Made by a program: the position numbers and the translations under genes. The notes below the pieces were generated by a model. That model saw only the letters and a list, made by a program, of their open reading frames with translations. It had not been told where the DNA came from and ran no database searches. A stretch of 64,000 nt of DNA from the human T2T-CHM13v2.0 reference genome, Homo sapiens, in the NCBI RefSeq assembly GCF_009914755.1, contig NC_060926.1; one strand, given 5' to 3'. Of this stretch, positions 29,841-44,756 are shown piece after piece (positions within the stretch are counted from its first letter, which is position 1; every line of letters begins with the position of its first letter).

Positions 29841-32604
29841 CTATCTACTCCCATCCTAAGCAAATTGTCTTCAAAATAAGTTAGTTACTTTAGAATAATA
29901 AACCCATACAATAGGTTGTTTTATGGTGTTCTTTCTCCGTCCAAGTCCAGTGGAACAAAAAGTGGTAGACATGAGACTTACTAGTCTCATTCATTTTTCA
30001 ACATTTTCCCACCTCTGTGAGTAGCACACATGCCTCTTTATTTTTCCCAGTATCCAGCATGTGACTGTTATATCAAATGTGTATACCACACCCACAAACA
30101 TATACACTCTTACCTTCCAGAGCAATAATTCTCCTCAAGAGCACGTTATAAACCCATAAGGAGGAAGAAAACTGTAGTATTAACTGCCTCTAATGGTGAA
30201 ACTCATTTCTCACAAAGAAATTTGAACTTTATTTACATATGTGGAGGAGTTTTAGTTTCCCTAATCCATCCTTAAACGATTATTAAAGAGACTTTCTTAA
30301 GTTCTTTTGCTATACCTCCCATAGCCTTTGTGATTTGATTCACTCTGCTTTCACACATGGATCCCTTGACCCCAATCTTTGAAAGACGTTTCAAGTTCAG
30401 CTGCTCTCCTTGGTGTCTCTGTCCCCACAGGATAAACTTCTTTGACTAAGTCATTGGAATGGGGGCTGCCCCCAACCCAGGCATCTCTCTGAGTTTTGCA
30501 GATCCAGTCAGCCATGTACTTTTGTATGTTTTTCAAAAGGAAAGTGTTGGGCTTTAGATCCTGTGTCCTTCAAATTCCACGTGGCACATATTAAGTGATT
30601 CTCTATTTCTCTTGCTTTCCTTCTCTGGGGATCACAAATCTCAGGCCACCCATTTAGTATTTAGGCCTAGTGTGAAAATAATATTTAACTATTGTTCTAA
30701 GTTCACCACCTGAGAGGACAGGGAACTTATAATTTTATGTTTCATTAAAATGAAAATAAAGAGCATTTTTAATTTGTAACCCCCTGAGTAACGACTTAGA
30801 AACAAATTGTCATTTCATTATAGCATAGACCTTTAGAATTGATTACAACATGCTCAAACAGAGTAATTGAGTGAGCACAAGTTTTTGAAAGATTAATTTC
30901 TTTACATTAGTCTTTTTTACATATTGTCAATGCTTTTAGTTTTTTTCTCTCTTTATTTTATCTCATTTATTTTTTAACCAAAGACTGTTGTACCTTGTTG
31001 ATGAATGTGATTACAATATGTTAAAAAAACGGGGATTTCTATGTTTTGGGGAACATTATAGGCTTCATAAATATCCCTTCTAGAGGCAGAGTCTGTTTAT
31101 GGGAATTTATCACATTGACAGACATTAATTAAAAAATCTATCTTTCAACAGTCTTAATTATTATGCACAATGCTGATAAAAATATATTATGAATTAAAGA
31201 CATTTTATTATGTCTCAAATGTAGATAGTAGAAAATCAAAGACACAGATGAGATAAACCACACATGAAAGAATCTTATAGAATAACATACAAAAAAGAAA
31301 GTCAGATCATAACAAAAACAAAGTATTTTCTGGTTTAGGGGGAGAGTTAAAAGCAAGTAATTTTACTCAGAAAAACATCCATCCTATAAAGATGAGATTC
31401 TATATGAGTCATGTATAAGAAAAGAGAAGAAAAGCCAAAAACATTCTTTACTATTTTCTCTATAAGGAAGAGAAAACTACTTTGAATTCACACTGTGCGA
31501 GAATGGTAAGTTATGTTGATTTCTGAGTTGGCTTTCAAAAGATCTTATTTTTACAAAGTTCTTCTGAATTAAATTTTAACATTCTCTTCTCTGATTAGGA
31601 ATGTAAAGATTAAATTTTGTGGCTTAAAAAAAACACCAAACATATACCTGTCTTGTTTCCTCAGCTATAAAAAGTAGAAGTAATAACACCAACATTGATA
31701 CTGTACATAATAATATAGTATTTTCTACTGCTTAATTGTATGAGATGGACATTTAAGGATAGTGTCAAAGAGCAAATCATTATGTTACTGTTTATGTTCT
31801 TTTCTAAATATTTAGAAAAAAATTACAGATAATTTTGCAGCTGTTTTCCATAGTTTAATTCCCATTGAAATCCCATCACTTCTACTTAACTTGTATGTAA
31901 TATATTGTTGGGAAGTATTTTCAAACACTGTAAATTTAGAATACTTATTAATTCCATAGCTCAGAGAAATTTTTAATATTTTCCTTGTGTTAATTTTTAT
32001 GCTAATAAGTACAATTGCATATCATAATTGAACTATTTGAATGTTTTCCTGATGCTTTCTTTAGTTGGGACATTAATCTCTGATTTATGATAAAATGTTG
32101 CTATTTTTATCTAGGGGAGAGCATTCCTTTAATTATAGAATATTTATTTATAGCCATGAATATACAGTAGAATATTGTTATGTGAATTAGCCAGATTTAA
32201 AGTGTAGTCTTCATTTCATTGCTTTAAAACATAAAGTGACTTAAAGCCAAACATCATTTCATGAAAATTAACAGATTTATTTTAAATACTGACTAGTTTT
32301 AAATGTATACCGTTGCTACATGTTGATAAATCCATTGTAAATTTGAAAAATTGTAAGCTGAACCATTGTTTAAGTCAATGATCATCTGTAGTCCCATTAG
32401 AATCCAATCAGATAAGTGCTTTAGTAGAAATTAATGACTTATTCTATGTCACCAAAAACAAAATTTCATGACAGCAAACATAAAATACTAAATATAAAAT
32501 TTCTTATTTTGTTTAGACTTATAAAGAGTGGATAAGAAATATGTAATTTAATAACAAGAAATTTTATAAAATGTGTTTGCTAAATGCTATTGTTATCACT
32601 GCCA

Positions 32605-33020
32605 TGCTTCAGTTAGTTTGGGTCCTCTGAGCAGCAGACACCAGACAAAAATAACTGTGCAGGTGATGTTCTGGGGAAAATTTATGTAAGGATAAATGAG
32701 AGAAATTAGAGAAGGGGAAAGCATAAGACTGCAATTTAGAACTAACCTCTGTGGAGGAGATAGGGTAGAAAGGAGGATTGAGGAGGAGGAATCTTGGATT
32801 GCAGTACCATTTTAAGAAAAGTCTTACCAGGTTGGTTGAATAACACTCAGGGCAAAGTTGCTCATAGGAATGGTCCTGTCTTAATATACCTGCTAACCTT
32901 AGTTACTGACTGGGAGCATCCTACAGTAAGTGGGGCTATGGCACAGAGGTAGGGTAGATGCAGTGTATAGAAGTCAATCATGCTCCCTGAAATAACAGAT
33001 CTCATTAGCACATTTTCATG
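32605..33020 (-). mobile_element. ERVL LTR, LTR40-like
   Basis: GGGTCCTCTGAGCAGCAGACACCA..GGAAAATTTATGTAAGGATAAA..AAGGAGGATTG..GACTGGGAGCATCC resembles remembered antisense LTR40. Confidence 0.65.
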
Positions 33021-35911
33021 TCCAGGATAAGCCATTTTTAGTTTGTTAGAGGATTGAGAGGATCTTCTTAATCTTCTAGGAGATCTCTAAAATTTCTCAA
33101 GCATCTGTCTTTCTTTATATGCCTATGGAATGGAATTCAATCTGTGCCGGGACTTCCTGCCTCTGAGGACATAACTAGGAAGGGACAGTATGATAACCCA
33201 CCATCTAAATTATATTTGCTGGAGAAAATAACCAATTTCATAGGAGATAATTTAGTCTGGCATGATATTCAAAGGGCATAAAAGTACCTAAGGCGGGGTA
33301 GACTTCACAAACAGATTATCTTAGCAGGTCTAAGAGTCAGATAGACCATAGGAATGAGAAATTCAAGAGTCAGAAGTATGTAGGAGTTTAAGGGAAAAAT
33401 CAAGTAGCAAAATCTCTGCCACTGGACTGGGATTCAAGCACAGGCTCCAGTCCTTGGGAAGTTAACAAGTTGGGTAACTATAGGGAAATACCCCAATCCT
33501 AGAGTCTGGGAATTAAGCCATTTTCAACGTAGAGACTGAAGGTTACAGAAACAGTCAAAAAAATGAAAGTCCAATTTTAAAAACTGGGATATAGGATCAA
33601 CAAAATCTAGAGCAAATTGGAAGCTCAATCTAAACAGTCCCATGAGTAAGAACAGAAACAGTAAGTTGATAATGTGTTCCATGATGTTGGGCTCTAATTT
33701 CTTAAAATTTTCCTGCTTTATCAGTAATTTTAGAGGATTGTCCAGAAATGTGCCACATTGGATTTAAAATTGTTTTAGTCACTGTAGAGGCTAAAACTTA
33801 GGAATGAGGTAGGACCAGATGCCTGCTTCTTCTAATTCAGACGATTGCAACCTTATCATTGTTCCCCTTGCTTCCATCAGAGTCAGTCACAACACTGAGG
33901 AGAAACTTAGATGGACTTAAGATAAAGATACACTTGCTCCTAGTCTGCATATGACCTCATTGAATTGTCTAGATTGTTTCCAGTAACATTAATATTCTAG
34001 CATCACTGATTTTCATGCAATGTTATTGCTGTGGTAGCTAGTCTGTTCTGCAGAATGCTACAAAGGGCTATTTAAATTTTATATTTCAGCAGTATTTCAT
34101 AGGAGCCTTGTCTGAGCTAATCTTGGAAATTTTCAAACAAGATGTTCTTAGCTCTTCTTCATTAGTTATTAATATCTAGAACTATAAGTTTCAATGGCTG
34201 TACTATATTAACATAGAGCTGTCTAGAAGTATTGTTTATCATAATTGGAAACTATTCTTTTTTAAATTATTTATGTTTATACGAGTTTGTAGGAAGCAAT
34301 TCAGCAACTCTAACAATAGAAAGTTATCAGTATAAGAACATCTGTTTAGCGTATACAATTTCTTATATAGTCCCATCATTTCCATTCGTAAAAAAATGGT
34401 AATTTGTTATTATAATACTGAGAAATACATTCTATGAATCATCAGCTATTTTGTTGCTTATAAATATAATTTTTAAAATTTCAATTAATGTTTATATTAA
34501 TTATTCATAACTGTGGTATTGGTCTAAATTATCCTCAAAGAACTACATTAATCTGGAAAGTCACTTCTGAAATATTTAGTAATTTATGTAAACATATTCA
34601 AAAATAATTTTAGATCAAACCCTTGCTTTTTAGTAACTACAATAAAAGTAACATTTTTTCATATTTGTATTTAAAACATTGTGATTTCTGAATTAGCTAA
34701 TAACTACCTACCTTTTAGACTTTAAAGAGTGGGTGTCCTCTCAAGTGAATAAAAGCTATTTGTTTTAATTTTCATAATTCTACTCATTTTACAGTTGACA
34801 TAATACATTTTTATCTCCAGAGTACCTTTCTATGTTTAATAAAACCTCCATTCTTACTGCATTTTAGGTTAGTAGAAAATGATTTATGCTTTTTCATTTC
34901 TAACTTTTCATAAAGCACAGAATTTCAATGAAAATGCATTATTCTGAAAATCTTTCTCTACTGGAAAATTTCCAGACCAATATCTCTTCAAAAGAGGAAA
35001 GGCTGTTAAATAATGGGCCCCAATGCCATTATGATACAATCCATGTAAGTATTTGTTACATGAAGAATATCCTGTTGGGTGCAATCGATTATGGCGAATG
35101 TACTTAGATTGATTTCTGGGCTCTCAATATGGAAGCCTCTCTTTAATGAGTATGGTGGATAGACAAAGAGGGAGGAGAAGGACAATTTATTAAAGACAAT
35201 TACTAGAGTTTGAAACTTTTTTGTAAGTGCATTTATTATCATTTGCTAGCTCCCCAGGAAATAAGAAGTTCTGACAAGATCTTTTACTATAACATGTAAA
35301 AATTTACTTAAGACTTGCAAGCAGAAAATGAGACATTAAACAGCTTAGTTGTGAGTTATTTTCATTCACTGAGCATTAAACATTAATAGGATAATATTTC
35401 TATTTAGAACCAAGAAGCACTATATAATTAATATACTAACATATTTATTCATGTGGTTCATATAAATACATTAATAACATTTTTCTTGATCTCTAAAGAA
35501 AATGCTCCATTAGCCATTATTTTCTACCAAAAATGAAACATTTTCATTTGCATAAGCCTGTGGTATTTCCTTAGGAAATGCTTAGTTAGACATTTTTATA
35601 TCGCCTAATAAAGTCAAGAAGTATATTCTGTCGAGGTCTTATTGCATCACCCCCTCAAGGTGGTGAAAGAGCAGGGAGAATCACCTGTAGGTATCAAGTG
35701 CTTAGATTGTTGGGAACCAGCCAATTCTCAGGGCACCAGCCTAGGGAGCTTATGCCTCTCTCTGGTCTTGGTTGGCTCACAGGCATTAATGCCAAGAGAA
35801 ATAACAGGTGAGACAACAGAGGTAAGTAACTATAGGATTTATTGCTCATGCTGAATTGACGAGTGTCAGTAGGAGAAGCAATTAGTCAGCAGTTGCAGAT
35901 ACTCTCTAGAG

Positions 35912-36083
35912 CAGTGCTTCTCATACTATAATGTGCATACAAATCTTCCTGAGATCTTGTTAAATTGAGGATCTTGATTCAGGAAGTCAAGGTGGGGCCT
36001 GGAATTCTATGGTTCTAGCAGTCTCCTGAGTGATGCTCATCATAGTGATGTATAGTCGTAGACTCTGCACTTGGAGTAGACTG
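35912..36083. mobile_element. MER5B-like hAT-Charlie MITE
   Basis: CAGTGCTTCTCA ... GGAGTAGACTG termini; 8-bp TSD CTCTAGAG (35904-35911) and CTCTGGAG (36084-36091). Confidence 0.8.
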
Positions 36084-38706
36084 CTCTGGAGCACAGCCGG
36101 CTCAAAGTTACCTGTGCCTGAGGCACAATCTCATCCCTACCAGATCCCCAGATCTTCCCACAAGATGGACATAATCAGTCATTTGAAGTATGTTTTCCCA
36201 TTATAACTCTGTGCTTTACAGTGGAAGTCTTTTTGCAAGGGCAAGATGGAGACATTTAACTCTATTTTCTCAGAGAGCTATTTGTTACTTAGTCAACTAC
36301 TACTATTCGACAGTCTGTATACTGTTTCTCTTTCTCTACCTCTCTTCCTGCCCAAAGTCTGGCCAAACTGTACAAATACTCCAATGCCTTCCATTTCTAA
36401 CTAGGTAATTCTGATGACCTTCCCTTAAACTATTCAATAGATTCTCCTGCATATCAATACTTCAAACTCAACTAAATCCATTAAGGATTATGAAAAAGAT
36501 TATGTATGTTTTTAATGTAAACCCTATATATTTATCTGGACAGAGTTTTTTAAAAACATGATAGAAGAGAATAAAACTTCCCAAACAGTTCTGAGCAAAT
36601 ATGCAGTTAAAAAATAAGCTTAAATTAGATATAAACAATAAATCATTTTCTAACCCTCTGTACTTCTCCAAAGGTGTTTCAAGTTTGTTTTCCTATGCAT
36701 ACCTTCATAGATGCAGAGATGTCAACTTAAATTTGTAAAATAATTTTCATACCAGAAAGGACCACATAGATTGTTTTTATTTGAAGCAATTGAGGAGAGA
36801 AGTGGGCTCTATCATTGCTCATGTGTTACACTTTGAATGATGTTGAAAGTTATTTCTGCTTCCATACAGTAATCCTCTCTATTAGACTTGCAGTAGTGCC
36901 TAAAATGCCACTTAGGTTATTTGTGTGGGTAAGACATAGAAGTCTTAATATGTTATTATTAAAAGATCAGTGCAAACTAAAAGATATTGTGAGAATTTAT
37001 CAAGTTTATTCCAGTCACATTCTCCAGCCAGTGTCTTCTGCATCCTTTATGTTTATATATTTATCTTATACATTCTCTAAATGTTGCAAGTCTCCAGGAA
37101 TCTCTCTCTTACATTATCTTTTTCTTGTGTTTTTCCTGCTACTATTAACACAGGCTCATTTCCTTCACCCAGACGTTTTTTTTTTTTTCAGTTATAAAGA
37201 GCACACTAAAGATTCTGAATTCTTACTAAGGCTGACATAGTGTTCTTGAGCTCCAGAAATATATTTCTTCTACCTACTTTATATATGCAAAAGCTAGATG
37301 AGAATTGATATTTGAAAGTATTACAATTATTAAAGGTTCTAATAGTATGTTAGTATAACCTATTTAGGTTAACATGCTTGTTAGTGTATATCGTATGTTT
37401 GTTAGTGATAAGAACATATTTATTACTACCAATTCCTTTATCAAGTGCCCTGATCAACTTGTTTATTATTAATTTTCTCAGAATGTTCTTCTCACTAAGA
37501 CTGAAAAATACAACTATAAGGAGTGGTCATAAAGTATATACACTTTCAAAAGGAAAAATAAATATTTTTATATTTATAATTTCTGAGTGTCTGAATTCAT
37601 ATAATTTCTCATATATAAATTGAATTGTCATTTTATAGCAAAAATGTGTTGCATGATTTAAAAGTAAAATTAATTTTGAAAGTGAATAAATAAATGTTCA
37701 TTTAATTGATAAAACTCTTGTTTGTATTATCTTATTGTGACATATCCTGTTAGTAAATAGTAATGCCTGTTGCTGAACATAAAAAAAAGAAGTTTTCTTG
37801 GTAGCTGTTGCCCATGTGTGGCAACTGGGAGCCCGAACACAGGCCCACCATGCCCATTGTGCCTGTGTGCACCATCAGGCAGCCTGAGGACAGCTCCTCA
37901 CTACCTGCAGTCAACACCGGTGGCACCCTCTCAGGTTGTTCAAGGGCCTGAGGCTTGATCCACCCTGCCTGCAACTGTTGGCACCCATGCATGCCATCCA
38001 GGACCTGAGGACAGACCTGTCCCACTGACCACTGCTGTTGGTGCCCAAACATGTTGTCTGAGGGCAGCCTGGGATTCAGTCTTCTTCCCTGCCCACTGCT
38101 ACCAGCACCTGATGCACTATCCAAGAGAATGAGAACAGGCCTGCCCTTTCTACCACCACTCTTGCCAATGTCCACATCATTTAGGGGCCTGGGGGTTGAC
38201 ATATCCCACCCAATACCATCAGCAGCATACCCTCTGGGGGCCTCAGGATGAGTTTCCCTGCCTTCCACTGCCATTCACATGCGCCGTCCAGGGGCTTGGG
38301 AATAACCCACCCTACCTGCTGCCAGTGCCCACACATGCCTTCCTGGGACCTGGAGGACAGTTTTCTCAATCTACAGCTACTGCTACCACCATTATCCACC
38401 TGCATGTATGACCTGGGAGCCTGGGGATTGGACTGCCCGACTTGCCACTGCCACCAGTGGGACCCCACACATGTTACTCAGGGGCCAGCGGGTTGACCTA
38501 CTGATGCTACTGCCACAGCCACTGCTATGCATGCTTCCCAGGAGTTCAAGGACCTGCCCTTCCATACAGTCCATCATTGTCACTAGTGACACTTGAGAAA
38601 GCAGTCCAGAGGCCCAAGGATGGGCCTGCCCAGATTTTCCACGAACAGAGCCCACTTAAGTCACCTGAGAGCCTGAGGCCAGTATGCCTGCCTGCCATAG
38701 CCACTG

Positions 38707-38921
38707 TTACTTTGTTAAATAGACTTTCAATGATTTTGCCCATCTCTTCTTCTGAATCTCTTGAAATTCAAATAGTTTGTCAAAGTATGACGTGCTATAT
38801 GTCAGATAGACTTACCTCATATTTAATCTTTTGTTGTTGTTGTTTTTGTTTTGGTCTGATTTAGTTATTTCAGAAGACTTGTGTTTAAGTTCAGATATCC
38901 TCTCTTCTGCTTTCTCTAGTT
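38707..38921 (-). mobile_element. Antisense L1 ORF1 fragment embedded in the L1MA 5'UTR
   Basis: Reverse complement CTAGAGAAAGCAGAAGAGAGGATATCTGAACTTAAACACAAGTC.. parallels plus-strand 39471 CTAGATCAAGCAGAAGAGAGAATATCTAAACTTGAAGACAGG. Confidence 0.75.
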
Positions 38922-41454
38922 CACCTAGCATCCCCAGCAAAGCCTTGCCACAACCTCCATTAAAAACTGCAGCCCATGCTACTGAGAAACTCAGATACCC
39001 CTAAACTGATTACAGCCAAATAAATCATACAAAGACTATTGTACTGCACCCACCTAAAATCAAAGCCAAAGCACCCTGCCCAACCAACAATACAGATACA
39101 GCTATAGAAAAGTGTATTTCCTATGAAAGTCAATCCATAAAATTGGAAGAAATGTACAGATATCAATGTAAGGAAACAGGAAAAGTAAAAAAGCAAAGAA
39201 ACATAATAAAACAGGAACACAACAATTTTTCAGTAACAGATCCAAGTAGAAACAAAATCTGTAAAATAACTGGAAGTTCAAAACGATATTAAAGAAAGTC
39301 AGTTGGATACAAGTAAAAACTGATAAATATTACAAAAATAAGGAAAACAATTCATGATCTGAATGAGAAGTTCAGTGATAGTTCTCATGAAAAAGAACTA
39401 AACAGAAATCTTGGACCTGAATAATTCAATGAATGAAATAAAAAATAGAATTGAGAACTTCAATAGTAAACTAGATCAAGCAGAAGAGAGAATATCTAAA
39501 CTTGAAGACAGGTTTTTTTGGAATAAACCAATCAGACAAAAAAAAATAAAGAATAAAAGAGAATAAATAAGGACATGACATACAGGACTGTATACAGGGA
39601 ATTAATATTTGACTTTTGAGAGTTGCAGAAGATACGAATGAAGTCATAGAAAATCTAACAAAAAAATACCAGAAAACTTCCCCACTCTTGTAAGAGACAT
39701 AACCATCTAAATACAGGATGTTCAAGCATTAATCAAATAGATTCAGTGCAAAAGTGTCTTCTTCAAAGCACATTATGGTCAAACTTTCAAAAGCCAAAGT
39801 CAAAGAGAGAATTCTAAAAACAGCAAAAGTGTCACGTTACACATGACACTTAGGAATTCTCATAAGACTAACAGCATAATTTTCAGCAGAAACCATACAG
39901 AGCATGAGAGAATGGGATGATATATTCAAGGTATTAAAAGGATAAAAAACTGTCAGCGAAGAATACTATTCACAGCAAAGCTACCCTTAAAACTAAAGGA
40001 GAATTAAAGTGTTCTTAAGCAAAAACAGAGAGAATTCCTCACCACTACATTGACTCTACAGGAAGTGCGTCAGAGAGTCCTACATTTGGAAGTGAAAAGA
40101 TGATATCTATTAATACCATCATGAAAATACACTTGATTATAAAATTCACTCATAGAGCAGATACACAAATAGGAAGGAGAATGGAGTTAAACATTACCGC
40201 TACAGTGAACCACTAAACTGCAATGATAAACAATAAGAGAGGAAGAAAGGAACAAATGATATACAAAACAACCAGGAAACAGTTAACAAAATGACAGGAA
40301 TATGTTGGTCCCTATTAATAATCTGGAATGCAAACACATTAAATTCCCCAATTAAAAGATACAGACTGGCTGAATAGAAAAATACTTTGAATACTGCCTG
40401 CAAGAAACTCACTTTACCTGTAAAGACACATATAAACATGAAGCGATGAAAAAACATCCCTTGCAAATGGAACCTAAAAGTGAGCAGGAGTAGCTATACT
40501 TAGATATAATAGACTTTAAATAAAAAAAACTATAAAAATAGACAAGGTCATTATGTTATGATGAAACTATCAATTCAGCAAGAAGATGTAACAATTCTAG
40601 GTGTGTATGCACTCAGCATTGGAACACTCTGTTATATAAAGCAAACATTATTAGATGTATTGGGAGAAATAGACTCTAATACAATAATAGTTGGTGAATT
40701 CACCATGGCACTCTCAACATTGAACAAATTAGACAGAAAATGAAGGATGAAACATGGATTTAAATTGCATCTTAGACCAAATAGACCTAACAGACATTTA
40801 CAGAACATTTCAACTAACAACTACGAAATACACATTTTCTCATCAGCACATGGAACATTCTCCAGGATAGACCATATATTAGCCTACAAATTAAGTCTCA
40901 ACAATTTTTTTAAAAATAAAAATTATATCAACTATCTTGTAAGACTACAATGGATTAAAAGTAGAAATCAAAGAAAAGAGGAAGTTTGAAAATGCACAAA
41001 TACATGGGAAATAAAAAACATGCTCATGAATGACCATTGGGTCAACAAAGACATCAAGGAGAAAATTTAAAAAAAAAAAACCTAAAACAAGAGAAAATGG
41101 AAATATAACATACCAAAACCTACGGAATACAGCAAAGACAATGCTAAGAGGAAAGTCTGTAGGAATGAAAACTACATACAAACCATAGAAAGATTTTAAA
41201 CACCCTAAAGATGGACCTCAGGAAACTAGAAAATTAAGACCAATTTAGCACAAAACTAGTAGAAGGAAAGAAATAAAAAGAATGGAGCACAACTAAACAA
41301 AATAGGGACAAAAAATTTGATCAAAAAAACTGAAAGTTTTTGAAAATAAAAAAAATGATAAACTTCTGGATACACTCATAAATGATTAAAGAGAGAAGAC
41401 CCAAATAAATAAAATAAGAAATGAAAAAGGAGACATTAAAATTTATACTACATG

Positions 41455-41814
<360 letters not shown>

Positions 41815-44756
41815 CTATATGCTAGCAAATTGAAAAACCTAGAGAAAATGTATAAATTCCTGAAGAAGTACAGCGTACCAAGATTAAACTAAAAAGAAAT
41901 AGAAAACCTTAACAGACTAACAGGATGTATAAGATTGCATCAATAATAAAAAAAAACTCTCAAGAAATAAAAAGGCCAGGACCAGATGGCTTTACCGATG
42001 AATTCTATCAAACTTATGAAGAACACCAGTTGCTCTTAAACAATTCCAAAAACACAAACAGGAGTGAATTCTTCCTAACTCCTTCTATGAGGCCTACTAC
42101 CAAAACCAGAGAAGGACACAACAAAAAAAGAAAAATACAGACTGATATCCCTAAGGAACACAGATGCAAAAATCCTCAAGAAAATAGTAGCCTAAATTCA
42201 ACAACACATCCAAAAGTTAATACACCATGATCAAGTGGGTTTGATCCCAGGGATGCAAGGATTGTTCAATCTACACAAATCAGTAATTGTTATATGTCAT
42301 ATCAACAGAATGAAGGTCAAATGTCATATGATCATTTAAATAGACACAGAAAAGAGAATTTGATACAATTCAACACACCTTTATAATAAAAGCTCTCAAC
42401 AAATTAGGCATAGAAGGCACAAACCTCAACATAATAAAGAACATATTTGATAAACTCCCAGCTTTCATTTACCATATGAAATGGAGGAAAGCTGAAAGCT
42501 TTTTCTCTAAGGACTTGAACAGAGGTCCCCAATTTCACCACTCCTATTCAACATAGTACTGAATCGCCTAGCCAGAGCAATCAGGCAAGAGAATAAAATA
42601 AAAGACACCCAAATTGGAAAAGACAAAGCCAACTTATCCTTCTTTACAGATGACATGATCTTATATAGAGAAAAAACTAAAGACTCCACCAAAAACCTTT
42701 TAGAACTGATGAACAGTAAAGTTGCAGGATACAAAATCAATATACAAAAAAAATCTGTAGTGTTTCTATATACCAATTACAAATTAGCTTAAAATAAGAA
42801 TGAAATCTCATTTACAACAGCTACGAGAAAAATAAAATACTACAAGATACATTCAACCAGGCAAGTGCAAGACCTCTATAACAAAAACTGAAAAGCACTG
42901 ATGAAAGAAATTGAAGAGGACACAAAGGAAAATACATCCCATGCTCATGTATTGGAAGAATTAATATTGTTAAAATGACCATACTACCTAAAATAATTTA
43001 CAGATTCAATGCAATCCCCACTAAAATACCAGTGACATTTATCGTAGAAATAGAAACAATAATCCTAAAATTTGTATGGAAGCACAGAAGACTCTGAATA
43101 GTTGAAGTAATAATGAACAAAAAGAACAAAAGTGGAGGCATCACACTATTGGACTTCAAAATATACTACAGAACTATAGTAACCAAAGCAACATGGTACT
43201 AGCATAAAAACAGACACAAAAACCAATACCATGGAAGTATAGTAATGAAAGCAGCATGGTACCAGCATAAAAGCACACACACAGTCCAAAGGAACAGGAC
43301 AACCCAGAAATGAATCCATGTATTTACAGCCAACTTGAGTTTTGACAAAGGAGCCAAGAACATTCAGTGGGGAAAGGACAGTTTCTTCAATAAATGGTGT
43401 TGGGAAAAGTGGATATCCATACGCAGGAGAATGAACCTAGACCCCTATATCTCAACATCTAAAAAATCCAACTCAAAATCGTTTAAAGAGTTAAATGTAA
43501 GACCAAAAACTTAAAAAACACTATAAGAAAACATAGAGGACAAGCTTTAAAAAATTGGTCTAGGCAAAGATTTTTTTGGCTAAAACATAGGCAATAAAAA
43601 TTAATGGATGAGACTATATTAATGAAAATCTTCTGTACAGCAAATAAAACAGTCAACTGAATGGAGAGATAACCAAAAATTGGCAGAAAATATTTGCAAA
43701 CTATTCATCTGACATTGTATTAATATCCAGAATACACAAGGAGCTCAGACAGTGCAATAGCAAAAAAAAAAATGCATTAAACAGTGTGCAAAGGATCTGA
43801 ATAGACATTTCTCAAAAGAGGACTTACGGATGGCCAACAGGTACATGAAAAAATGCTCAGTATCACCAATCATTAAGGAAATTCAAATCAAAACCAGAAT
43901 GAGATATCACCTCACTCCTGTTAGAATTATTATGAAAAAGACAACAAATGCTAATAAGGAGGCAGAGAAAAGAAAACCCTAGTACACTGTTGGTGGGAAT
44001 GTAAATTAGTACAGTCATTATGGAACATAATGTGTGAAGGTTTCTTAAAAAATTAAAAATAATTTTATGCAAACTGGATTTCATGCAATCACTAATTCCC
44101 CTACTGGGTATTTATTCAAAAGAAAAGGAATCAGTATATCAGGGATACCTGCATCTCCATATTTACTGAAGCACTATTTACAATAATAGCTAAGGGATGG
44201 AATTAACCTACAACTTCATCAACAGAATAATGAATGAAGAAAACATATGTAACACAAGGAAATACTCTGCTTCCATAAAAAAAAAATCATTTGCAAAAAC
44301 ATGTATGGAACTATAGAACATTATGTAAAGTGAAATAAGCCACGCACAGACAGACAAATATTTCATGTTCCCATTCATATATGGAAGCTAAAAAATTTGA
44401 CCTATTGGAGTAGAGAGTAGAATGATAGTTACCAGAGGCTAGGAAGGGTTGAGGAGGGGATAAAGAGGGATTGGTTGATGGGTACAAACATACAGTTAGA
44501 TGGGAGGAATAAGTAATATTGTTCGATAGCCCAGTAGTGTAACTATAGCTAACAATAACTTAATTGTATATTTAAAAATAGCTAAAAGAAAAGATTTGGA
44601 AGTTCCCAACACAATGAAATGATAAATATTTGAAGAGATGAATACCCTAAATAATCTGCTTTTATAATTACACATTGATGCATGTATCAAAAATATCAAA
44701 CATATCCCTTAAATACGGACAATTATGTATCAAATTTAAAAAATAAAAAATGTTTT

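Noticed and set aside
37800-38700. GC-rich island with many overlapping ORFs, possible gene or CpG-island promoter
   Set aside because: It is CpG-poor and internally repetitive and runs into L1 ORF1/ORF2, so it is an old L1 5'UTR; the ORFs reflect GC content.
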